Shown here piece after piece: positions 12,355 to 25,481 of a stretch of 64,000 nt of DNA. Position numbers and translations under genes: made by a program. Location: the NCBI GenBank assembly GCA_052426225.1, contig JBNJNM010000006.1, positions 1,116,001 through 1,180,000 of the forward strand, written 5' to 3'. Under the pieces are notes generated by a model. The model was given only the letters and a program-made list of their open reading frames with translations. It ran no database searches and was not told the origin of the DNA. The stretch is from Zancudomyces culisetae HAW-14-8. Lineage: Eukaryota > Fungi > Kickxellomycota. Each line of letters begins with the position of its first letter. Position 1 is the stretch's first letter.

Positions 12355-14215
12355 ACCTATACAAGTAATTCAAATAATCGTTTTAGTTCATGTATTAGGC
12401 TTATATTATAATATTTACTCGTGAGTCACATTTATCTCTCGGCCGAAATAAACGATGAAGTTGAGCTATTATCCTCAAATGAAGGAGTGCTTAAACTAAA
12501 AGAATATCACTTACCCTAATCAAAAAAGATCCAGCATTTACAGAATTTTTGACGAATTTCGTGGAATTATACTGCTTATCACAGTCTACTTGCATAAACT
12601 TGACCTGTAATCCAGTTAAACTATATTGGGGAATATCAAAGTAGAGTTGGAGCGGAGGTTTATTTCCCACCCAAGGCTTTGCGGAACCCAGAAGCTTTGC
12701 TTTGATTGAAATAGAGTATTCTGTGTTCCCTTGGAACCTATACAGCTTCCAAATGACAGCGTTTTGGCTGGGGTTGAATTTGGCACGTGAGTTGTAGCTC
12801 ACATTACTCGCAAAAAATGAACTTCCTTGTATTAAAAATTCGCACGAAGTTGTGTTTTGGGGAGTAGGGATGAGTAAAAGTACGTTGTTTGCCGCCATTT
12901 GCTCCGAAAATTTGGATTTGATCAAAACCTGAATTTCTGTCCTGGAGTTCTTTGAATTGTCTGTTGTATCCACAAGTACTGAAAATGGAAGCTCGAACTG
13001 GCCAGAAGAGCGGTACCTCATTAGCTCGAATTGACCATCAGGCGGAATAAACTTTATTACATTCCCTTCTGATTGTTCAACACATTGATGAAATACCCGA
13101 TCTGTTATTTCCATTTTATTTGGCTGCTCACTATTTGTATAGTTAGGTAAAACATTTTTGGCTATAATTAACAAGTGCTGAACATATTGAGGTATCAAAA
13201 AGAATTGCGATTGTGTTCTCCGTGTTTCCGTGTAAAATTCACACACATATACACATGTACACAGTAGCAATAATATAATATACGTATGCTATACCTATCA
13301 TTGGGGATGCTTTTGAGAAGTTTTTGATTAAATCCGAGTGTACACTTTGGGATTCCAGATAAATACGATTTCACAATAACACGGCCTTCAACTTCCATCT
13401 TGGAAACAACACCCTTCGAACCAACCAGTACATTTATCGATTCCAGCACATCTATGAAAACCCGATTCTTTTTGTATATAATATCGTTTCTTCTCCATAA
13501 AACAGCACCCCTGGAAGCCATAACTTTCTGCTGCATATCCCAATCAGCATTTTCGAATTTTCCTCCACTGAGACTAGAACCGATACTTTTTTTGGATCCT
13601 AGGTTGTGTTTCATATTACCAATTTCGGTGTTCTGGATATATCCAAAGTCTACCATTTCGTCAAGAATCTCATATATAAAGACATCCTGTTTTTTAACCG
13701 TTTCTTCGTCAATCCTTCCAAAATATGAGTACAAAACCCCAATCAATTTATATAAAAACTCGAAAATCATTGACACATTGACATTTCTGTTTGTTGTAGA
13801 AGCGACAAAATAAAGATTTTCAAACGTAATGTGATAGAAGGTTGTATCATCGAATGTGTTTATTGGCTTGATGTTTTCTGAAGAAGGGATGGAAATGACA
13901 TTTATTCGAAAGGCTTCAGAGTTTGCCCTATTCGTATTTTTTTTATAGTCTGAATTAACTTTGTGAGTAGAAATGGCTTCAAAGTTATGTCAAAATTCAC
14001 TTGCGATTGCAACACCAATACAGTCTCCTAATTTGCTTGATGATAAATACTTATATATAGATAAAGAAGTGTGAATGTGAATGAAAATACACAATTCAAA
14101 TTGAAATACAACCAAAAGGAAATAATTTAGTAATTCATTACCTACTATCCTGCCTATATATCCGCGATATCAGCAGCTCCCCTTTCCTACTGAATATGTA
14201 TATCGCGCCTAGCAT
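12351..14215 (-). CDS. APM4: Adaptor complex mu subunit, most like AP-2 mu; exons 14215-14142, 13927-13295, 13130-12515 and a probable 6-nt terminal exon 12356-12351
   Basis: MLGAIYIFSRKGELLISRIYR, EAFRINVI, IYEILDEMVDFGY.QNTE, WRR..I.YKKN.VFIDVLE, SYLSG.P.C..G.N, FHQCV, FIPPDGQFELMRYR. If the last intron is not spliced, the CDS ends at 12491. Confidence 0.85.
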
Positions 14216-14598
14216 TTTTTTCCCGTCTTTATGATTGAAATGGTAGTCGAAAGTTTAATACCACATTAACAAACAGCAAGAAATGTGTTTTATTAGTTTA
14301 CAACCTATTTATTTCATTGCAAAAAAAAGGGTGATATTGAAAGTTCCAGACTTTGATTAAATTGGCAGGCTGTGTTCATTCCTCCCCCCCAATCACAGAT
14401 AGTTAGCCAAAAATAAATCAATCATTTCTTTCAAAAATAAACATAGATTACAAAATACATAAATACTACCAAAGAAAACTCTTTTATAGATGCGAGTTGA
14501 GCAGGTATAGACAACTATGAGCAGCTACACCATGAGAGAGAAAAAAAGGTTGAAAATGGTTATTAGGAGAAAAACCCCCTGACACAAAAGAGATGGTT

Positions 14599-17500
14599 TC
14601 AGTGGGTCCAACAAAGATGAAAATAATAGGATAATAGAAATCTGTACTCATTTTCAATTGAAGAATTCTTGTTGATGTAAAAGAGGTAATCAGAATGGAA
14701 CTGAGGGCCAAAGACATAGGATGACTTCAAAATATTGGGGGTACCAGCTTCCTTATGTCTGTCGCTCTGCTCGGTGTGTTCACTGGATTCATATGCAGAG
14801 GGTCTTGGCGCGTTAAAAAAGACATGCATGCAATTGATAATGTTCATATGTTCATTCCTCCAGCGCTTTCCCAGGTATGGAAAAAATTGTCTAATGACCC
14901 GAAAAACCGCAAAACGCAACTCATAAATGTTGATTTTTGTTGCAATGGATTCAAGCAACGCAGGTAGCCCAAAGTCTACCAGTTTGAGGTTACGGGCATG
15001 AAGCCTTGTGGTTGAGTCATGCAGAAATATGAAAAACTGATACATACCACACAACGCGGTGTTCCCGTACAAAAAAGCATTACTTTTTGGATTTCTTTTG
15101 CTGGTATTACAGTACACGTGTGATAGTTGTAGGTGTTTAAATGTTTTGGGCTTATCGTACTGGGCAGACTCGTCTCCAGGCAAAGAAAAGTCTTGAAGCT
15201 GGGAGTTATCTAAATCCAGTTGATCAACGAGCGGCTTGAGTAGACTATCAACGTGGCAACGACCAGAAAAGTTTAGCATGTTAAGAAAGTAGTAGGGAAG
15301 CTTGTGGTCAAATAGTAGCTGAACCCAAAGCTCTTTTTGTAGGACATGACAGCCAGATAGGGCAGATGGCACATTGTTGAAAATATAGGCAAAGGCATAA
15401 AGCTGTGCGTAAAGGGTCAATACTCTCCGCTTCTCGCTGGTAGCACTGATAAAGGATGCACCAGGGGAAAGAAGTGAAGGATATCGTGTTTTATTATCAA
15501 CATTGAAGTCCGTTACCAGACTTTTGGATTCTTCATAAAACACAAAAGGCAGGCAGCCAATGGAGAAAAATGGACATGCGTCTGGTTTGTTGTATTTTTC
15601 CAAAACCAGCTTCTCATTCATTTCATCAAGGCACCATCTACGAATTAATACAGCCAAAGAGTGCACCAATGGCACTAGGAATAGAAAAAACTGTTTGTTG
15701 ATTTTTAAATCGGTTGTCTGAAGTGCAACTTGACTATTTTCAACCTCGCGCTTAATCATTAGCAATTCCTCGTCACCAACAACGATATTCCTGCCATACT
15801 CACTGGCGCCTTCAACACCACACAGGGCGTTGAATGCATAAATGGTATTTTTGCCAATGCCTAGTGGTGCAAAATTCACCATCATATTTCTCCAAAGCTG
15901 AGATATTTGTTTATCCTGCTTGTTTTTTAGCGTCGTACGTTTTATCATATTCACCTTAGCCTCTACCCATGTTGGAATCTCATCGTCGTTGTTAGTATCT
16001 TTGCCTTTCCCACTAATACCATGTGCTACAAAATGTGGCGTTTTCCCCCAACTTGCCATTTTTTGTGTCTCCTTTGTTCTAGCGGTGGGATCTCTGAATA
16101 CCAGCGAAGTTGCTTCCTTAAATGAATTCAAGAGGTTGTCGCTACCTGCCTTTTTCTTTGTAAAATTTGACTTTTCTTGTTTTTCGAAATATCCATCAAA
16201 TGGGCTTATATACTCCAATATTTCATTTCCAATTTCGTTTGCCTTCTTGCTGATATTAGGATATTTTGCTGCCAACGCTTTCAGTTCTCTATAGCTTTCC
16301 CTTGGAGCTTCACCCAGTGCACTATGTTCTAAACTGGCTCTATCTTCTCCTCTTCCTACCAGCCTTTCTAGCATTTTTTGCACCATAAACACATTTTTGT
16401 GGTTTATTCTATAAAAAAACCACTTCAATTCATTTGACATGGTACCACAGCGCTCGTTTTCTTCGTAAAGCAGCCCTGAAAATGTACTGATTGCAATCAG
16501 AAAATACCTAACCTCACCATCAACGCCTCTAAAAACAGAATCTGCACATGTTTTTTCAACTAGGCTTTCAATTATAAATACAACATCTAGCACCAACTCC
16601 ACTAGCTCCAGTGCTATATCTCTATCTACTGTAATCATGACCGTGTCCTCATCCTGGCACCCAAATTTTGTCGATTTTATCTGTAAAATACTGCCATTCA
16701 CTTCACTCTTTTCAGAAATATACCTTACCACAATATCTCTGGTTAGCTCTATTACTTTAAATAGGTATCTCTTCATTCCGCCCTGTTCATATACCGCAGT
16801 AAGTTTACTATAGCTGTCTTTTGTACTTGCTATCTCGGAGCTAAACGCTATATCTATAATTCATAACTCTGTACATTCAGATATCATTTTTGAGAAATTT
16901 AGCCAACAGTTTTTACATACAGTAAATACTGCTCTAGAACAGATATATATGTGATTCTTACAAATCAAGATCCTTAATATCGAATAAAGCCTTCTAGTTT
17001 TATCTTGATCAAAGACTGTATCTACATTCCAGTCAATTGAAACAATTTCCCTGTCGAGCTTGTTAATCTTTGCGGACAAGGCTAAGCATTTCAGTAAAAA
17101 ATAAAATAAAATAAAAAACCAATCTCTTGTCATAAAATCTGGTTTAACACTAGCATTGATATGTCTCTTTTTTCTGTTTACCTTCTTCGTCGTTATCGTA
17201 TTTCTCGAATATCCTAAGCCTTCGAATGTTTGTCTTGTCATTCTTATGGTTTACCGATTTTTCTACAGGGTGATTTCCATTGTTTGTAAATAAAGAGATA
17301 TATAATTCATTCACCTTTTCTGCCGGAAAAAAAGTGGTAAAAGATTTGGTGGCTAAAAGATGGTATTTTCTATATTTCGGTAAAGTTACCATAGTGGTAC
17401 TCAGTATCTGCTGAAAAATACGCGTCAACGCCTGTTACTATATCGCTGTTTGGTTTAGTAATCTTGTGTTCGTAAAGCTTTTGCAAGTTTCTTTTAGAAT

Positions 17501-17648
17501 GTTTTCGATCTACATATCCTCCTTTAGTCACTGATTTGGGAATCAACACTGTGCCCCTTTTCCGGGCCCCCGCACCCGCACCCGCACCCGATCCTTCCTT
17601 TTTCTTTTCCTCTTTCCTCCTTCCTCCCTCTTTATCATCCTTTTGCAT
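14599..17648 (-). CDS. FAR11: Far11/STRIP (STRIPAK complex) family protein, divergent, multi-exon
   Basis: The C-terminal FRVIRQFFPYLGKRWRNEHMNIINCMH matches the STRIP motif LK..K...YLGR.WR.SNM....IY. ORFs 17370-17783, 17150-17428, 16861-17241 and 14599-16776 can be joined by GT-AG introns (e.g. RILI-Y-IAF across ~16960-16855). The 5' exon boundaries are uncertain. Confidence 0.7.
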
Positions 17649-18887
17649 TTCAATATTTTTTTGGATTAGCTGTATGTACTCTTTTATTATTGTCGTTTGG
17701 CTAAAGACACCAAGAGTTGATTTTGTGCTTGTTTGCACTACCAGTTTAGACGCGTTTCCAATTTGGGCAATTATGCAAACCAATCAGTAATTTATGAATC
17801 TGGGTTGATAATCAGTATTTTTCTGTGCTAACACACTTTCACGGACTTGTTTCAATATAATTGTCACCCTTGTGTGCAAATGAAAATAATAGAAAATAAC
17901 GGAAATAATGGGAGTTTTTGTGTGCTTCAATCTCAGTAACCGTTTCTGCTCGCACAAACACACATCGATTCACATGAGCGTTTCAGACCAGATATTTGTT
18001 GCATAGATCCCATTTTGGACAGATGCAGTCTTAATACTCCTTCCTATTAACATTCGTAGTAAAGCGATCCCTTTTGAAACAAGGGAAGAGATGGTTTTCA
18101 TTTACTGTGACATGTGATTAATTTTTACATAAAGGAATCGAAAAAAAGACTACTCCAAATAGACTAAAGCATGAGGAGTCAAAGTCCTATTGTTCATACA
18201 CATGAGGGCTCTTAAAAGAGTACACAACCCTTTGTTTTTTAGGACCATAATCTCCAGCATGGAACAAATTTTTTTTCATTGTCGATGCAAACAAAAGTGA
18301 GCTTTTTGGTGTTTCCGAAAGCGCACATGTGATAGCAACTTCCCATTTGCGAGTACTAGAGTGAGGCGGAGTTGTGGGGATAAACTATCAGCATTAATGC
18401 GGGAGCAGCTGACGAAGAATAATCGTTGCAGGTAGTTAGCACATTTTCCTCATTTGTTGAAAGAAGCAGAGCTTTTCTTGTTTTTTTTTATATTCAGGTT
18501 ATCGATGGCTTTAGGTAAACATTCCAGGAAAATATGCTTTTCTGTTCTCCTTACACCAAGTCATGCGAGCTTTTTCATTGAGTTTAAATTTTTGTTTTTT
18601 TTAGGGAGTTTATTTGAAATGCCCACCTATTAAGCATTACTCAGTAGCTAATAGTTTCGCATCTACTTGCAACCTATTTGCCCAAACAAATTGAAAAAAT
18701 AAGGCAAAATTCTCGATGAGATATATAAAATACAAGGATCATTCTGCTCCTCCCCAAAAAAAGAGGTAAAAATTGATACTTGTAAATAACTGTAGTAAAA
18801 CGCCCTATACCTTTTGCACTGAAGCACTACTACTATAATACGTATATCCCAGTTGTCATTATAGCCGGCTAAGCACATTTCCTAACA

Positions 18888-20335
18888 ATGAGTGAGCATA
18901 GCGAAAAAGGCGTTTCGAGCCAAGAAATCTTTTCAACCAAGCAAAAATTCATTCAATCGCTTTATGGGCCACAGGAATATACATTTCCCGTCCACAAACT
19001 AAAAACACGATTAACTGGTATGTTTAGTAAACATAATATAATCAATTATACAGGCATGCATAATTTTATATATGGTTAATAACTATTTCAATTTGCGCGA
19101 AATTAGATGAAAGTCACACACCCGTCGTACTTGTTGCCTGTGGGTCATACTCACCGATCACTTATTTACATTTGAGAATGTTTGGTAAGTTTTCTATTTT
19201 AAACCACATGTTGGAATATAGGTACGCCAGACGGGAAAAATTGGTTGTGGAAATAAAAGGAAAATCCATCCAAAATAGAAATGGCAAACGACTATTTTGA
19301 CGACATGGAGGAGTATGAGGTAATTGGTGGATATTTTTCCCCTGTCTCAAACTTTTACCAAAAGGAGGGGCTCGCTCAAGGGATACATCGCGTAAAAATG
19401 TGCGAATTGGCAACACAAGAAAGCTCAGATTGGTTGATGGTTGACTCCTGGGAAAGTGTGCAGCCGGAATATCAAAGAACGGCAGTAGTATTGGATCATT
19501 TTGATGAGGAACTGAATGGGTGCGGCGGGATGAAACTTTCTGATGGTAATTTATTTTTTGCTACTAATATATTTTTTTAAAGGATAGTGCACCTACAATG
19601 TATATTGGGTGTATTGAGCATATTAAGCAATTATTAGATACATAAATTTAATTTTGAAAGTGAATAATGACTGACATAGGTTCCTACAAAGAAATCAAAA
19701 TACTTTTGCTTGCCGGAGGCGACCTAATACAATCTATGGATCAACCAGGAGTATGGGCGAAAAACGACGTAAGTCATCATCTTATAACGGTATCTCGATA
19801 TTTTGGTTTGATTTTCAACTGACTTTTTTACAAGCCGAATTTTTATCTAAAAATGAGTATGTGTTGAATAACTATAGCTACACCATATACTTGGGAAATA
19901 TGGATGTATGATTGTGGAAAGAACTGGAACGGATGTTTGGGAGTTTTTGCTTTCGCATGACATTTTGTATAACTATAGAAAGAACATACATGTGGTCAAA
20001 CAAGTCATATACAATGATATTAGCTCCTCCAAAGTGAGGTAAGTTACCAGCTTTTTTCTATTTAACCCGTTTTGTCTGGCTTTCCTTTATATTTCACTAT
20101 ATGAATATATAGTTTCTTTGCATATTGGGATAAAGCTATACATTTAAAATTGTACATGATGTGTTTATTTTCTAATTAACCAAGTTGATAACTTTTTTTC
20201 AGGTTGTTCATAAAGCGCAACAAGTCAATAAGATACCTAGTTCCCGATTCCGTGATGGATTACATATATAAAAACAATCTCTACATGCACCAAATAACCA
20301 AAAAACGGGACTATTTGTCAAAAATACTAGATTAA
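18888..20335 (+). CDS. NMA1: Nicotinamide/nicotinate mononucleotide adenylyltransferase, 6 exons (18888-19017, 19107-19184, 19279-19545, 19680-19768, 19878-20038, 20203-20335)
   Basis: The spliced product contains VLVACGSYSPITYLHLRMFEMA, GGYFSPVS..Y.K.GL, HRVKMCELA, WLMVDSWES, LLAGGDLIQSM..PGVW and NDISSSKVRLFIKR..SIRYLVP. Confidence 0.95.
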
Positions 20336-21491
20336 CACAACCGTAATCCTACTTTTTTGATCAACTCGACATGACCGATTTTTCACTTTTTTCACTGACT
20401 ATTCTACTCATTTCTGCAACAGGCAATCAAAAAAAGCCCGGTTTAAAATTTAACTTGGGTTTAAACTCCTTGGCATCACGTTTATTTTTGGTATTTCAAG
20501 ACGCATTTTGTCGTTACCACTACTCTCACTAATATTTTTATTGTTTTTATTTTGTAAAGTTAAAATAATAAATTGCATTGAATAGAACATGTTCAATATT
20601 TAACAAAATTTCCCCAGACATGGCGATTTTCTGTTGCTCTTTGAATCCAGCTTTGTAGTGTACTTGGCCTATTTACTCCGCCATAACATTATTGAAAATA
20701 CAGGACTAACCGTAGGTTTTGCGGTACATTACAACAATGACAGTCTGCTAGCCCCTTTCCTCCTATGTTTGAGATCAAACGACATATATCTGCGATTTTT
20801 TTTGGTCGGTTATGGTATTTCTTTTTAATTAAATGTGTTCATCCAATAATAAAGAAAAATTCATGCGAGTAGTTATGATTTCCAACTCAAGTGAGGTCCG
20901 GGGAAATATAGGGCCTGATAAGCCCCAATAGGCTCAGTTGGTCCAGTCGGTCTAGATAGTTATTCAACTTCAAAATAACCACCACACCGCCGCTTTCCAT
21001 ACATGTGCTTCATAATGAATAGCTGGAAAAAATGCAGTACAACTGGTATTACAAATAAATATACAAATTTGTATAATCTAATTAAATAATGGTCAGATAG
21101 CTGGGGGCGTTGGAAATTATGTGGGTGGGGTTGATGGTTCTTCCTACACCAAACCAGGTAAGCTCCACGAATCTAGAGTTTATTTACAATATTTGAAATA
21201 TATATATATTTAAAAGCTTCGGAGTTCTAGGAAAGAGGATGTTTCGCAAAAACTAATAATAAATAGACCTAGATCAATCTTTACTTATATCATATATTTA
21301 ATTATTATCAACTTTTGTGCTTAGTTTTAGAGTAAATATATCAGCCATTGACACGAGTAATGCATGGTTGATCGAAAGCCAGTGATTATTTTGTACCTTG
21401 CTATGCAAATACAGCAAAAGAATTGTATTTTAGGAACTGTGTGTATTCCAATATAGAAACTCTAAATGTTATACGCGTGTACAACCAAATA

Positions 21492-22349
21492 ATGTATGAG
21501 CAGATAGATATTTTATTTAGAGTAGTAAATAACTACAAAAGAAAAGATAAGAAGTATCTTGTAAATTGTAAAAGCAATGGTATGAACGAATTGACAACGG
21601 TATTCTCAAGGAGCCCGGAACTGCTAAACATAATATTACAAGAGGATATTATTGAATATATTTACAAGATTTGGGAAAACTGTATTCTTCCACGGCTCAA
21701 AGTGTTTCGAAAACTTAGAGATAAAATAGGCAAGAGAACAAAAGAGGGAAAAAAAACACAACCACTTGTGATACACCAAGCTAAAATAATAATTGATTTG
21801 TACGATATATGCCACAGCTTGTTGTATTTATTTTCAAAGGAAGAGGATATCGAAAAGCTTATCATTGAAGACAAGATCAAACTCTATGACGTCAAAGGAT
21901 GTGTGCTCGGAACACTTGCTGAGGTGGAATTGACTTCAAAAGAGTTGGTGGAGCAATCTGTTCACTCTAAAAAAATATACCACCTGATGGTCTTTGTCAA
22001 CAGTGAGCCACTGAGCAAAGCAGCTTTTAATGCGTTTAACATAGGTTACACACTCGGCAGTGAATTTGGATCTGTTTTGGAGAGCAACTTTTTGCGGATT
22101 TGCTACAACTACAGCAACTATGTCTATTATGTTGTGGGAAACAAGAATCATGCTTTAAACATGCTTATAAACGCATACAGTAAAATCGAGATGTCTGTCA
22201 TAAATGTTCATCCTCAAAATTTTGAAGCACTTTCTATCATTCTGAGTAAAATACGATCAACAATTGAGGCCTGGGACAACGAACTTACAGATGGGGCATC
22301 TACTGATGGATTTATTAAAAGGTTTTTTGGTTTTAAACAGTGGGGGTAA
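21492..22349 (+). CDS. Highly divergent 14-3-3-fold protein lacking the phosphopeptide-binding residues
   Basis: Ungapped matches to canonical 14-3-3: [18 protein letters not shown] vs [38 protein letters not shown] vs [34 protein letters not shown] vs [28 protein letters not shown] vs TLIMQLLRDNLTLW. The start could lie further upstream through splicing. Confidence 0.75.
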   Translation: [285 protein letters not shown]

Positions 22350-23143
22350 ATAGATACTACCAGTTTATTTTGTTCACTTTTTTTTGTTTCTCTAATCAAA
22401 GAGCTATAAATAGTGTGTTTAACTATACCGATACCTTTCAAAGATGATACTCGATAATATAGAAAACGGCTACATGCAATATATAGCCGATTTAGCAGAT
22501 GAAAATGGTACCTATTTGGCGCGTTATTCTTTTTACATTTATTTGGAAGTAGCATACATCAATGTATGCATACACATGTTATATTTGGTATTCCCCTTTG
22601 TACTCAAGTGACAATAAGTGCATGAAGTTTACCCATTCCATCGCAACAAAAACATGGGTATTTTCACCTATGTTTTTCAGCTGGACTCCAAAGGTTGTTG
22701 GTTTGTCCACCAGCCCAGCTCCAGCTCTGAGAATTTTTCCTTGCGCTAAATGAGCATTCCCCCAAAAATACAAAAGCTAAAAAATATATAAAACTGCCAA
22801 AAAAATTTTCCATTACCTAATCCTATACATATTAATTGATGAACAAAAGTGCTAATTTTGATAATTTGTGGATCACCTTTTTCAAATGAAATCCTTCAAT
22901 TAGGTCACATTTTTACTTTTAGCTTCGAAAACGAAATATTCCAATAATTTTAGCCAATGTTTTAATTATGGGCAAAAACTAAGGAAAAAAAGAAGGGGAA
23001 AGGGAAATTAAGCATTTTATGCGAATATAATATTGTCATTTGGAATGGAGAAATAAAAAGCGATAATAGCACAGCTAAATGCAACTTGTGATGCTCGATT
23101 CTTGAAGATACAGTACCACATAAACCTTTAATGAACAAGTGAA

Positions 23144-24418
23144 ATGGACAGGGCTACGCCCTTTGAGATCCTCAGCAGGATATTTATATATTCGCAGAAT
23201 CCGTCAATATCGTATTTATCAAAGAAATTTTATGAAGTATCACAATCAGACTGGGTCAGGGCTAGATTTATTATCAGATATTTCGGGAAGGATCGTGTGT
23301 TTGACTCACAAGTGGGCTTGGCAAGAAAATGGCCGAGGTTGTTTACCCAGCAAATGACTAGAAATCTGGTGGGGATGGGTGCGGACATTAAACAAGATAA
23401 TCAGTGGTGCTTTCAAGAAGCATGTTTTAGGGGTTGGGAAGATTTGGTGGACATGTTTTTATCAAGGTATAGTATTGAATACAGCGAAGAGCAGCAGAGG
23501 GAATTTGAAAATGGGCAGAGAGGAGACCATAAGATAACATGGGATGAACTTGCGCCATATGAAAAGGAGATGGTAAGGCTAAAGATTGTACCAGAGATAG
23601 ATATCAACAACGGCTCTGGGATCGCGCTTTTAAGGGCTATCAGGGGAGGAAGAGTAGAAATCATAAATAGGTTGTTAAATGCACACAAAATCCGCCTGGA
23701 AATAACAAATATGATTGTGGGAAGTGTAAACGGGGCAGAAGCAAAACAACTTATCGAACGACTTGGTGCAATGAAAATCGGCTCAGGTATAGATATAGAG
23801 GTTGACGACGATAAAGAGGCACATTTTTTTGCAAAAATGCATCCAGAGCTGAACATCCACTTCCATGACGATGTAGCATTAACTGTAGCAGTAATGTGTA
23901 GTAAGCTTGATATTGTAAAGATATTAGTGGAAACGGGGGCAAATGTAAGAGCAAGCAATGACTTGGCACTGCGAAGCTCTGTAATACAGGGGGATAGAGA
24001 GCTTGAACTCACAAAATACCTACTCGAAAGTGGAGCTGATGTGCATGCGCTAAACGAAAGTTGCTTGTTACTAGCATGCTATCGTGGCGACTCACATCGT
24101 ACACAATCAGACTTTAGCATAAATGAGGGGCGCAATCAGTATTCTAAACGCATTATGGGTGATCCTGGCGTATTTGATAAACGGGCGAGCAGTTCGTATA
24201 TCAATACTATAGTGACTCTGCTTAAGTATGGTGCAGATTTAAACACGGGAAATTCTATTCCACTTTTTTACACTGTGTCACGAGGACATTATTTCTCTAC
24301 ACTCGTCTTATTGGAATATGGTGCCAAAGCAGACGCAAGAGACGGTGCAATCTTAGCAGAGGCCAGAAGGTCCGGCAAAAAAGACATTGAGCAGCTGTTG
24401 CTGAAATACACAACCTAG
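23144..24418 (+). CDS. Ankyrin-repeat protein with an N-terminal F-box-like motif
   Basis: TPFEILSRIFIYSQNP.I...SKKFY is F-box-like. Ankyrin repeats include AL..A...G..EII..LL, KILVETGANVRA, YLLESGADVHA, LLKYGADLN and LLEYGAKADA. Confidence 0.85.
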   Translation: MDRATPFEILSRIFIYSQNPSISYLSKKFYEVSQSDWVRARFIIRYFGKDRVFDSQVGLARKWPRLFTQQMTRNLVGMGADIKQDNQWCFQEACFRGWEDLVDMFLSRYSIEYSEEQQREFENGQRGDHKITWDELAPYEKEMVRLKIVPEIDINNGSGIALLRAIRGGRVEIINRLLNAHKIRLEITNMIVGSVNGAEAKQLIERLGAMKIGSGIDIEVDDDKEAHFFAKMHPELNIHFHDDVALTVAVMCSKLDIVKILVETGANVRASNDLALRSSVIQGDRELELTKYLLESGADVHALNESCLLLACYRGDSHRTQSDFSINEGRNQYSKRIMGDPGVFDKRASSSYINTIVTLLKYGADLNTGNSIPLFYTVSRGHYFSTLVLLEYGAKADARDGAILAEARRSGKKDIEQLLLKYTT

Positions 24419-24480
24419 ATTTTACTTAATTATACCATTTTTTATGATTTTTTCACTAAAAAAAAGAATGCAATCTCACA

Positions 24481-25481
24481 CTAAAAGAAACGGTATCGAA
24501 TCCACACAACAAAGATTATGGCGAGAATTATAACAGCTGGAATTCCATATTTTCGGTAGAGTGCTTCGAGATTCAGTCTCCGTGCGTCTTTTTTGTATTT
24601 CTGTGACTGTGATCTTAGCCTGTCTGATAGCGAACTCATTCTGTCCAAACTATCGCCCCTCCAAAGCAAATCCTCCATGTTTTTTGTCATTATTTTTGTC
24701 ACATCTTGTAGATTCTCGTTCAGCTTTCCCAAGCTTCTTATGGTCTGCGAATCTTCGTATATTCTCTTTGTTTTTTGCATAAAAGTATCTATTCCGATTG
24801 GAGTTTTTCATTTAGTCGCTGTTTTTTTTTTGATATGTATGTAAAACAAGAGCAAGAGTCATAGCCACATATTTTTGTATTAGTAACTTATTTCTTACCA
24901 AATTTAATAAACGCGTATGGTCTTAATTCCTGATTATCAACCTCTGCTCCGTAACTCATATAAAATTCTTTCGCTAGCTCCTCTAAATAACTGAACGCCA
25001 CCTTGCGTGGAAAATTTTGTTCGCATATACATAAATAGCATACTCCGTGCTCTATAATATAGCTGGATGTTTGTGCAATACAAAAAGAAGGTAATATTAG
25101 CAAGTTTTTCACGTTTTCCAGGCTTTTCTTTTACTCTGCTTTATAAAACCGCTCTATAAAACTTTCAAGTTTTTATATATGCCTGGTGATGATTTGACTT
25201 ACTGGAAGATGACATCTCTTGATTCAATCGAACATCTCGCTTGCGAATGACTATTCATTTTGCCAAAAAGTTGTTTCGCTTGGGCCTTGTATTCTGCCAT
25301 ATCCAGGCCTGACTATTTGTCCCATATCAATTTCCAAGCACTTTGGCCGTCAGTCTCATTCTCGAAAGGTCAAATATGGTGATACAAGTCTAGATGTGTA
25401 GCTACTTACCTTCTCATCTTCCATAGAGGCTGCCAAGGGCAGGCCATCAGATACTCTTGCTATTATTGTAGATTTTACCAT
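24481..25481 (-). CDS. SEC22: R-SNARE Sec22, 4 exons
   Basis: MVKSTIIARVSDGLPLAASM, YKAQAKQLF, YLCICEQNFPRKVAFSYLEEL, RPYAFIKFD, LQDVTKIMTKNMEDLLWRGDSL and a C-terminal TM helix; GT-AG introns join the segments. Confidence 0.95.

Noticed and set aside
20880-21170. GC-richer patch with tRNA A-box-like (GCTCAGTTGG), RNase MRP-like (GGGGCTTA, CCCCGG) and U1-like (CTTACCTGG) words
   Set aside because: No cloverleaf or B-box; the MRP motifs are in the wrong order; the U1-like word is simply the reverse complement of a plus-strand splice donor (CAG|GTAAGC), possibly a 5' exon of the 14-3-3-like gene that I could not join in frame.
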